DNA of 63,510 nucleotides, filler included, from Octopus bimaculoides (lineage: Eukaryota), in the NCBI RefSeq assembly GCF_001194135.2. It is 5 parts of 5 records of this genome, joined end to end, with 100 filler letters (N's around TTAATTAATTAA, not from the genome) between each part and the next. Parts side by side here need not be neighbours in the genome. Positions count along the whole stretch, not along the records: positions 27,773 to 44,783 come from NC_069005.1; positions 44,884 to 53,147 come from NC_069009.1; 3 more parts are not named here. One strand, written 5' to 3'. Numbering within the stretch: the first letter of the stretch is position 1; every line of letters begins with the position of its first letter. Under the pieces are notes generated by a model. It saw only the letters and a program-made list of their open reading frames with translations. It did not search any database and was not told the DNA's origin. The position numbers were made by a program, and so were the translations under genes. Below, piece after piece: positions 38,436 through 49,204 of this stretch.

Positions 38436-39047
38436 CTGACAGTGTTGAGAGTAGCGAGCCTAGGGGATCGAGCTAAACGAATAAACTTACCCATAGGAAT
38501 GCGTGGATACAAGGAGTGTACATACATAAGAATATATACACATATACGCATATGTATATATACATATACACGCATGTACATGCGTACATATCTACAAGTG
38601 CTAATGCAAAATGCAGAATACGTGATTATACACCTGTAGAACTATACTCATCGATACACATAGACACACACAATCATTCACAAACATACATAGATGCATA
38701 CACAAACACGCACACGCATATGCATGTCAGCATACATACATGCATACGCATTGAGACAGGGATCGTTCGCCTGCACATACATGCATACATGCAAATATAC
38801 ACGTACGTATATATACGGATGGGCATATGCATATCGTTGTATACGTAGCCATAACGCACATACAATATGTACACACATACCTGCATAAATACACGCATGC
38901 ATACATACATATACGTATATACATACATGCATACATATACGTATATACATACATGCATACAAAACTGTCATTTTCTGAGACCGGCTTTTACTTGGATTCA
39001 AGGGGAACTTAATTTCCCTACACATACTTTCCCCACATGTACGTACA

Positions 39048-39101
<54 letters not shown>

Positions 39102-39861
39102 NNNNNNNNNNNNNNNNNNNNNNNNNNNNNNNNNNNNNNNNNNNNNNNNNNNNNNNNNNNNNNNNNNNNNNNNNNNNNNNNNNNNNNNNNNNNNNNNNNN
39201 NNNNNNNNNNNNNNNNNNNNNNNNNNNNNNNNNNNNNNNNNNNNNNNNNNNNNNNNNNNNNNNNNNNNNNNNNNNNNNNNNNNNNNNNNNNNNNNNNNNN
39301 NNNNNNNNNNNNNNNNNNNNNNNNNNNNNNNNNNNNNNNNNNNNNNNNNNNNNNNNNNNNNNNNNNNNNNNNNNNNNNNNNNNNNNNNNNNNNNNNNNNN
39401 NNNNNNNNNNNNNNNNNNNNNNNNNNNNNNNNNNNNNNNNNNNNNNNNNNNNNNNNNNNNNNNNNNNNTATATATATACATTCACAAACGTGTTCACAAA
39501 CGTGTTCACAAACACACACATGTATGTGTACGTATCTCCTTTGCAGTAGTGGATCTGGATCTCGAAGTACATGGAACTACAAGAAATAGCATGTAAATAT
39601 TTGGTTGAAAAAACCACCTATAGACAGAAAAATGTGCATATGTGTGTGTGTGTGTGGTGCGTGTGTCTTTTTATTGAAACGGAGAGAACGAACGAAACAG
39701 CTGCCAAATATATGTACGCGTATATTTACGTGTTCGCCCGTAATGATGGATATTGTGAGTATGACGCGAACAAGGAGCGTGCCCCAGGAGGGCCAAAATA
39801 TTGAATGCGGTTGACAGACACAGAGACAAATTCCATGGGCTGTTATATATATATATATATA

Positions 39862-40184
39862 TACTCTTTTACTCTTTTACTCTTTTACTTGTGTCAGTCA
39901 TTTGACTGTGTCCATGCTGGAGCACCGCCTTCAGTCGAGCAAATCGATCGACCCCAGGACTTATTCTTTGTAAGCCTAGTACTTATTCTATCGGTCTGTT
40001 TGGCCGAACCGCAAGATTACGGGGACGTAACAAACAAGCATCGGTTGTCAAGCGATGTTGTGGGGAGGGGCAAACACAGACACACAAACGTATACACACA
40101 CATACATATATATATATACATATACACGAGGGGCTTCTTTCAGTTTCCGTCTACCAAATCCATTCACAAGGCTTTGGTCGGCCC
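39862..40184 (-). mobile_element. SINE family B lacking its tRNA head
   Basis: tactcttttacttgtgtcagtc...ggctttggtcggccc, then unrelated sequence. Confidence 0.9.
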
Positions 40185-41518
40185 CATCTTGCTCTAACGC
40201 AACCATGGAGTCGCATAGACACACACGCACACACACACACACACACACTCGACTGTGCATACNNNNNNNNNNNNNNNNNNNNNNNNNNNNNNNNNNNNNN
40301 NNNNNNNNNNNNNNNNNNNNNNNNNNNNNNNNNNNNNNNNNNNNNNNNNNNNNNNNNNNNNNNNNNNNNNNNNNNNNNNNNNNNNNNNNNNNNNNNNNNN
40401 NNNNNNNNNNNNNNNNNNNNNNNNNNNNNNNNNNNNNNNNNNNNNNNNNNNNNNNNNNNNNNNNNNNNNNNNNNNNNNNNNNNNNNNNNNNNNNNNNNNN
40501 NNNNNNNNNNNNNNNNNNNNNNNNNNNNNNNNNNNNNNNNNNNNNNNNNNNNNNNNNNNNNNNNNNNNNNNNNNNNNNNNNNNNNNNNNNNNNNNNNNNN
40601 NNNNNNNNNNNNNNNNNNNNNNNNNNNNNNNNNNNNNNNNNNNNNNNNNNNNNNNNNNNNNNNNNNNNNNNNNNNNNNNNNNNNNNNNNNNNNNNNNNNN
40701 NNNNNNNNNNNNNNNNNNNNNNNNNNNNNNNNNNNNNNNNNNNNNNNNNNNNNNNNNNNNNNNNNNNNNNNNNNNNNNNNNNNNNNNNNNNNNNNNNNNN
40801 NNNNNNNNNNNNNNNNNNNNNNNNNNNNNNNNNNNNNNNNNNNNNNNNNNNNNNNNNNNNNNNNNNNNNNNNNNNTAAGCACCGGTGCCACTTTTAGGTC
40901 TGTTCTATGATAGTAGAGACTGGGATACCAGGAAGAGAGGCGGTAAATTCAAGGGTTTCCCCGAGCAGCGCATGCACTCTAGCTACGCGCCCGGTTTCTA
41001 TCGGTCCAATCGTTTTTTTTTTCCCTAGGGCTTCGAGTCGGCACGAAGATTTGGTAAAAGAGACACTCTTAAACAAGACACTTCACTCATCACCCCAATC
41101 GAAACCTTAATGGCAATGATGTTTCGAGGCCGTAGCAAGAGACATTTCTCCAAGACGTTAGGATACAGGATCGAACCTGCGAACGCCGGCCGACCCGATG
41201 CTAGGACAAAAAAAAAAAGAAAACAAAACTGTTAATAAAATAAGGTACTTGGAGAAGGCGCCGTGCAGTGGATCGAACACGGGATTATACAACGCCAAAG
41301 TAAACTCAGCCACGACTACACAAGAGTTAATAAACCGTGACCATATAGGGAATAGAAATCGAATGAGAAGCAATAACCGTGTACACATACATACACACAA
41401 TAGATATATACATACGCACTTACATTCATAGTTTATATAATATATATTGTATCTACATATATGTGGGTATGCGTGTGTGTGTATATGTATATGTGTATAT
41501 GTGTATATATATAGAGAG

Positions 41519-41567
<49 letters not shown>

Positions 41568-41696
41568 CACGGGCATATGTAAATACATACATTGGTACAT
41601 GCATGTTCAAATATATATTCGCACCCTANNNNNNNNNNCAGATTATATACATATATATATACACACATATATATACACACATATATATATACACAC

Positions 41697-41735
<39 letters not shown>

Positions 41736-41737
41736 TT

Positions 41738-41779
<42 letters not shown>

Positions 41780-41780
<1 letters not shown>

Positions 41781-41920
41781 GATGTGCTTCTTTCAGTTTC
41801 CGTGTACCAATTCCACTCACAAGGCTTTGGTCGAACCGAGGTTGCAGGAGAAGACACTTGCCCAAGGTGCCACGCGGAGGGATCGAACCCGGAACCAATC
41901 TTCTTATCACACAGCCACGC
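41780..41920 (-). mobile_element. SINE family B 5' half
   Basis: cttctttcagtttccg...gacacttgcccaaggtgccacgcggagggatcgaacccgg. Confidence 0.9.
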
Positions 41921-41927
41921 TTTATAA

Positions 41928-41976
<49 letters not shown>

Positions 41977-42062
41977 CACATACACATATACATATATATA
42001 TATATACATACATACATACATGCACACACATACATACATACGTACGTACATACATACATACA

Positions 42063-42093
<31 letters not shown>

Positions 42094-42329
42094 CGTTGAC
42101 TCTACTTAAGTGACAGTCAAGTTTTGGGGTCACATTTCAACTGGTGTATCCCTTACAGAAATGTCTAACTCTGTACCAAAATTGTTGTTGTTGCTGCTAT
42201 CGCTATCGGTGTTGTTGTTACTGTCGCTGTTGATGAATGTTTACGTAGCGGGGGCTAGAATGTCCTAACGAAACAAAATTCATATTATATATTATATATG
42301 TGTGTGTGTGTGTATTTATGTATGTACGG

Positions 42330-42373
<44 letters not shown>

Positions 42374-43674
42374 GCACATATACGTTTTATATACATATGC
42401 GTGCTATTGTTTGTGTGCGTGTATGTGTGTATTATATATATATATATATATGTGCATACACGCACGCACATAGTCTTTTTTTTATATAGGTGTGCNNNNN
42501 NNNNNNNNNNNNNNNNNNNNNNNNNNNNNNNNNNNNNNNNNNNNNNNNNNNNNNNNNNNNNNNNNNNNNNNNNNNNNNNNNNNNNNNNNNNNNNNNNNNN
42601 NNNNNNNNNNNNNNNNNNNNNNNNNNNNNNNNNNNNNNNNNNNNNNNNNNNNNNNNNNNNNNNNNNNNNNNNNNNNNNNNNNNNNNNNNNNNNNNNNNNN
42701 NNNNNNNNNNNNNNNNNNNNNNNNNNNNNNNNNNNNNNNNNNNNNNNNNNNNNNNNNNNNNNNNNNNNNNNNNNNNNNNNNNNNNNNNNNNNNNNNNNNN
42801 NNNNNNNNNNNNNNNNNNNNNNNNNNNNNNNNNNNNNNNNNNNNNNNNNNNNNNNNNNNNNNNNNNNNNNNNNNNNNNNNNNNNNNNNNNNNNNNNNNNN
42901 NNNNNNNNNNNNNNNNNNNNNNNNNNNNNNNNNNNNNNNNNNNNNNNNNNNNNNNNNNNNNNNNNNNNNNNNNNNNNNNNNNNNNNNNNNNNNNNNNNNN
43001 NNNNNNNNNNNNNNNNNNNNNNNNNNNNNNNNNNNNNNNNNNNNNNNNNNNNNNNNNNNNNNNNNNNNNNNNNNNNNNNNNNNNNNNNNNNNNNNNNNNN
43101 NNNNNNNNNNNNNNNNNNNNNNNNNNNNNNNNNNNNNNNNNNNNNNNNNNNNNNNNNNNNNNNNNNNNNNNNNNNNNNNNNNNNNNNNNNNNNNNNNNNN
43201 NNNNNNNNNNNNNNNNNNNNNNNNNNNNNNNNNNNNNNNNNNNNNNNNNNNNNNNNNNNNNNNNNNNNNNNNNNNNNNNNNNNNNNNNNNNNNNNNNNNN
43301 NNNNNNNNNNNNNNNNNNNNNNNNNNNNNNNNNNNNNNNNNNNNNNNNNNNNNNNNNNNNNNNNNNNNNNNNNNNNNNNNNNNNNNNNNNNNNNNNNNNN
43401 NNNNNNNNNNNNNNNNNNAACCGGGGCAGCCTGTCGTATATATTCCACGGTAAAGCAAAAACCTTCTGCCAACTGTTCGCTTCTTTCGCTTCTCATGACA
43501 CTCGGCACAGCTCGCCGACTGTCTGTCGACTGCCATACCTTGCCAACTTTATTCTACAACCGCTCCGCTCTCTCTTTCTCTTTCGCTGTGCGTATGCGCG
43601 CGCGTGTGCATGTGCGCGCGCTCTGCTTTGTCTCTCTCTTGCTATTTCTCTCTCTCTCTCTCACTCTCTCTATC

Positions 43675-43733
<59 letters not shown>

Positions 43734-43854
43734 TTATGTGTGTGTTTGTGTACATGCACCTCCTTTGTCTCTCGCTAGCTGTCATTCGTTCATTCTCTCT
43801 CTCTCTTTTTCTGTCTCTATGTCACTCTTTCTAAGTGTGTGTGTATATGTGTGT

Positions 43855-43910
<56 letters not shown>

Positions 43911-44026
43911 NNNNNNNNNNNNNNNNNNNNNNNNNNNNNNNNNNNNNNNNNNNNNNNNNNNNNNNNNNNNNNNNNNNNNNNNNNNNNNNNNNNNNNNNNN
44001 NNNNNNNNNNNNNNNNNNNNNNNNNN

Positions 44027-44081
<55 letters not shown>

Positions 44082-44334
44082 CTCTCACTCTTCACTGCAT
44101 CTCACTATCAGCCTCTACTCCCCGCTTGATACATTTACCACCCTCTCCCTCCCTCTCATCCTCAGTTTCTCTCGCCGCATATGTTTGCGTGTGTTCGTGC
44201 GTGTGTGCGTTTGTATGTATGTAGTGTGCAGTTATATATTTTATATGTATATAGCTGTATCTATATATGCATATCTATATCTATTTATCAATCGATTAAT
44301 CGATACACACACACACACACACACACAGAGGCAC

Positions 44335-44365
<31 letters not shown>

Positions 44366-44456
44366 AATGTATGTATGTGTGAATGTATGTATATTCATGA
44401 AAGCGTGTATGTGGCTGTGTATGTTTTTGTCTACGTATAATTACTTTTCTTTCCTT

Positions 44457-44728
44457 CTCTTTACTTGTTTCAGTCATTTGACTGTGGCCATGCTGGAGCA
44501 CCGCCTTTAGTTGAGCAAATCGACCCCAGGACTTATTCTTTGTAAGCCTAGTACTTATTCTATCGGTCTCTCTTTTGCCGAATCGCTAAGTTACGGCGAC
44601 GTAAACATACCAACATCGGTTGTCAAGCGATGGTCGATGGGGAAAAAACACAGGCGCCACAAGGTACCACGCAGTGGAACTGATCGCAGAACCACTTGAT
44701 TGGATGCAAGCTACTTACCACACAGCTA
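44457..44728 (-). mobile_element. SINE family B with internal deletion
   Basis: The tail half is intact and joined directly to the head segment caaggtaccacgcagtgg. Confidence 0.85.
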
Positions 44729-44742
44729 CATATCTATCTATC

Positions 44743-44783
<41 letters not shown>

Positions 44784-44883
44784 NNNNNNNNNNNNNNNNN
44801 NNNNNNNNNNNNNNNNNNNNNNNNNNNTTAATTAATTAANNNNNNNNNNNNNNNNNNNNNNNNNNNNNNNNNNNNNNNNNNNN
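44784..44883. other. Artificial scaffold linker N44-TTAATTAATTAA-N44
   Basis: Same 100-bp construct as 27673-27772. Confidence 0.95.
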
Positions 44884-45333
44884 GAAATCCGCCAGCCCAA
44901 TGGTTTCCCTTCATGGCAGAATTAATAGTCAAGATTATTTAAGCATTTTATCTGATCAAATTCATCCTATGGTTGTGGAACTGTTTCCAGAAGGAAACAC
45001 AATCTTTCAGGATGATAATGCACCAATTAACACAGCTAAAGTGGTTACTGAATTGCACGACGGACATTCTAGTGAAGTTGAACGTCTTATCTGGCCACCA
45101 CAGTCCCCAGATCTCAATATTATTGAACATTTATGGTGCATTTTAGAAAAACAAGTAAGGAGGCAATATCCTCCACCATCATCACTACAAGAACTGGAGA
45201 TTGTATTAGCTGAAGAATGGACAAAAATTCTTTTGGAAACAATTCGAACTTTGCAAAAGGTGGTCCTACCCCTTATTCAAATAAATTTGTTTGAAATTTT
45301 AAGGTGTTTCCATTATTTTGTCCAACCCCTGTA
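44884..45333 (+). mobile_element. Tc1-family transposon 3' part (DD36E spacing), decayed
   Basis: IFQDDNAP...WPPQSPDLNIIEHLW translation; ends ttattttgtccaacccctg followed by TA; 5' part lost at the linker. Confidence 0.92.
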
Positions 45334-45606
45334 GGTATATATATGTATGTATGTGTGTGTATATATATATCAAAATAAGCAACACGGATTTTAAAGATGA
45401 CTGCAGTACGCACGTTTCATGCTACTCCATTTATTTAAGCAATGCGAGCATTACATTAAATGCAATATGTAGAGTAATCTTCAGCTGCACAGAAATGTAG
45501 AGAATTACAGTAGAATAGACATATTATAATTGTGGCAACATTTAAAATCCAAGTGGGAAGAAGAATACATAAAAATTCATCTTGACATATATATATATAT
45601 ATATTT

Positions 45607-45908
45607 CGAGCAAGATCGTTGCCAGTGCCCCTGGACTGGCTCTTGTGCGGGTGGCACATAAAATACACCATTTTGAGTGTGGCCGTTGCTAGTACCGCCT
45701 GACTGGCATTCGTGCTGGTGGCACGTAAAGCACCCACTACACTCTCTGAGTGGTTGACATTAAGAAGGGCATCCAGCTGTAGAAACTCTGCCAAATCAGA
45801 TTGGAGCCTGGTATAGCCATCTGGTTTCACCAGTCCTCAGTCAAATCGTCCAGCCCATGCCAGCATGGAAAGCGCACGTTAAATGATGATGATGATGATG
45901 ATGATGAT
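45607..45908 (+). mobile_element. RTE-A LINE 3' UTR fragment with (GAT)n tail
   Basis: aagggcatccagctgtagaaactctgccaaatcagattgg...catgccagcatggaaagcgcacgttaaatgatgat; matches the 3' end of the LINE at 49205-53147. Confidence 0.9.
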
Positions 45909-46187
45909 NNNNNNNNNNNNNNNNNNNNNNNNNNNNNNNNNNNNNNNNNNNNNNNNNNNNNNNNNNNNNNNNNNNNNNNNNNNNNNNNNNNNNNNNNNNN
46001 NNNNNNNNNNNNNNNNNNNNNNNNNNNNNNNNNNNNNNNNNNNNNNNNNNNNNNNNNNNNNNNNNNNNNNNNNNNNNNNNNNNNNNNNNNNNNNNNNNNN
46101 NNNNNNNNNNNNNNNNNNNNNNNNNNNNNNNNNNNNNNNNNNNNNNNNNNNNNNNNNNNNNNNNNNNNNNNNNNNNNNNNNNNNNNA

Positions 46188-46600
46188 TTTTCATCGATGA
46201 GTTCATGGAACTTGGTTTTTTTCTCTAAAACTATATATATATATATATATATATATAATAATAATTATGATAATGATATTACGTATAAAAATCCAAATTT
46301 ACAGGGAAAAATTCAATTTAATTTAATTTATCAAAATTAAAATTAAATTAAATTTCACAATATATAATATATAAATATATAATTTAGAGAAAAAAAAAAC
46401 ACAATTATTGAATTCATCCATGAAAATCCAGTCACATATAGAAAAATTTAATAAGTAAATACACTAAAAAGACCTATAATAAAAATCAAAAAAGTACAAA
46501 GTAATAAATATTAAAATAATAAAATGACTACACATGTTTCATAACCACATTTTCATTTTATTATTTTAATATTTATTACTTTGTACTTTTGTGATTGTGG
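46188..46600. repeat. AT-rich dispersed repeat with internal inversions (possibly Penelope-derived)
   Basis: Homologous to 48954-49190; 46188-46240 is an inverted sub-copy; perfect 38-bp hairpin at 46490-46590. Confidence 0.7.
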
Positions 46601-46621
46601 TCAAGCAATCTTCAAGAAAAA

Positions 46622-48357
46622 GTAAAAATAAACATCCTTTGAATTCTGGTTGTTGGAATGTGCGCACACTCCTTGATGATAATTTCAACAAGAGGCCAGA
46701 AAGGTGTACTGCACCTATTGCATGAGAGCTTAAGAAATATTCCCTTGATATAGTTGTGCTCTCTGAAACTTGTCTCTCTGGTAAGGGTGAAGTAAATGAA
46801 CCTACTTATGGATATACTATCTTCTAGAGAGGCCTACCTAAGGGTCAGCATAGAGAATCTAGTGTTGGGTTTGCTCTCAAGAATACATTAGTATCCTCCA
46901 TTGCAGAGCTTCCAAGTGGTATATCTAAATAGACTATGTCATGCCATATTAAAGTGACAAAAGTTAGCTTTCTTACCGTTGTCAGTATTTATGCACCAAC
47001 AATGTCCCATTCTGATGAAACTGTAGGACAGCTTTATGATGATCTAGCACAATTATTGAGGAAAGTACCAATTTCTGACAAGCCGGTCATATTGGGAGAT
47101 TTCAATGCAAAAGTTGGAAAAGACTGTTTCCTGGCCTGTTTTAGGTCGACATGGGATTGGAAAATGCAATAAAAATGGAGTAGCTCTTTTGACGTTTTGT
47201 ACTGAGAATGATCTGGTTGTCACCAACACTCTGTTTAAGCAGAAAAATAAATATAAAGCCACCTGGATGCACACCAAGATCTAAGGACTGGCATCTCATA
47301 GATTATATTCTGATCAGAAAACGTGATATGAAAGCTGTTTCTAGTGTTTGGGTCATGAGGGGGGCAGAGAGCTGGACTGACCATCATCTAGTGTGTAGAA
47401 AAAAAGATTTTTCGATAATGCCTAAAAATCGACAGTCTGGTCCTAAGGTACTCAAAAAGTTAAACCTTGCAAACTTTAAATTATCAAGCAACTTGCAAAG
47501 ATTCCACGACGCTATAGAAAGTATTAATCTTGATCCAAACATTCTATGGGAGGATTTCAAAACAAAAGTATTTCAGGTTGCAAGTTTGTCAGTGGCATTT
47601 AAACCTCATAAATCCAGTGACTGGTACTCAGGTAGATCAGCAGAAATTCATGATCTACTTATTGAACACCTTCCAGTTATAGAAGAGAACCAACTCTAAA
47701 CGACATTTATTTAGCTGTGAATAAGCTGAATAACAACAAGTCTCCAGGGTCTGATGGAATCTGTGCAGAAGTCTTGAAATATGGGGGTGACAAAATGATG
47801 GAACTCTTAAATATATTAATCTGTCACTGTTGGAGAACTGAGAAAGTGCCTCAAGACTGGATTGATGCCACTTTATTCTCCTTGTATAAATCGGGGCCAT
47901 GGGATCTGTGTGGTAATTTTTGTGGGATTTCGCTTTTGTCTGTGGTTGGAAAGGTACTTGCCCGCATTTTGTTAGAACATTTAAATACCTTTATTGTTCC
48001 AAATACAGTGTCTGAGTCTCAGTGTGGTTTTCGTTCCTCCAGGGGCACAGCTGATTGTATCTTTACTGTCAGACAACTACAAGAAAAGTGCATTGAACAG
48101 GATCTTGCTCTATACCATTTCTTTGTTGATTTGAGCAAAGTATTCAATACTGTTAATCGAAATGCTCTATGGCTAATTCTAAGGAAAATAGGTTGCCCAG
48201 AAAAATTTGTAAACATGACCAGGGCTTTGCCTCAAGATATGAAAGTTAGAGTTAATTTTGGTGGTGGGCTCTCTGAATCTTTTGCTGTGGAAAATGGAGT
48301 AAAGCAAAGAGACCTTGATGCAATATACTTTGCTGTTGTGTTGTCACATGCTTTTCA
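46622..48357 (+). mobile_element. RTE-B LINE (BovB/RTE-1-like), decayed: APE endonuclease plus N-terminal RT, with stops and deletions
   Basis: GCWNVRTL...RPER...DIVVLSET, GDFNAKVG, HLIDYIL, KSPGSDGI, SQCGFRSSRGTADCIFTVRQLQEKC, FVDLSKVFNTV, GVKQ; truncated before the YADD box. Confidence 0.93.
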
Positions 48358-48877
48358 AATCTCTTCGTTGGACCCTAAACTCAGCTTGTGAAGACCTGTT
48401 GGGGCAAGTGAGATCGAAACTGAACTAAATTCGATGACTGGCACCCATGCCAGTGGAGTGCTAACAGCACCATCTGAGCGAGATCACTGCCAGAGCAGTG
48501 GTCTCGTTTCCGTGCCGGTAGCATGTAAAGAGCACCATTTTAGTGCGATCGTTTCCAGCTTCACCTTACTGGCACTCGTGCCAGTGGCATGTGAACAAAA
48601 CATTGGACTGACTCCTGTGTAGGTGGCACGTAAAAAACACCATTTGAGCGTGACTGTTGCCAGTACCGCCAGACTGGCCCTCATGCCGGTGGCATGTAAA
48701 AAGCACCCACAACACTCTTGGAGTGGTTGGCGTTACGAAGGGCATCCAGCTGTAGAAACACTGCCAAATCAGATTGGATCCTTGTGTAGCCATCTGGTTC
48801 GCCAGTCCCCAGTCAAATTGTCCAACCCATGCTAGCATGGAAAGCGGATGTTAAATGATGATGATAATGATGATGAT
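48358..48877 (+). mobile_element. RTE-A LINE 3' UTR fragment
   Basis: Aligns in inverse with 49205-49760; ends in (GAT)n. Confidence 0.9.
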
Positions 48878-48953
48878 ATATGTATACATATCATCATCGT
48901 TTAATGTCCACCTTTCATGCTAGCATGGGCTGGACGATTTGACNNNNNNNNNN

Positions 48954-49190
48954 TATTAGGGACAAAATCCAAAATTACAGGTAAAAACTCAATTAAAAGC
49001 AATTTATAAAAAATTAAAATTAAATTGAGCTTTATAGATAAATATATATAAAATATATAGTTTTAGGGAAAATAACCAAGTTTCAAGAACTCATCGATGA
49101 AAATCCACTATCACATATAGAAAAATTAATAAGTAAAAGCACAATAAATGAGTATAATATAAAGTAAAGTAAATATCATAAGATAATATA
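48954..49190 (+). repeat. Second copy of the AT-rich repeat at 46260-46520
   Basis: aaaatccaaaattacaggtaaaaactcaatt...catcgatgaaaatccactatcacatatagaaaaattaataagtaaaagcac. Confidence 0.75.
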
Positions 49191-49204
49191 TATATACATA
49201 TATA

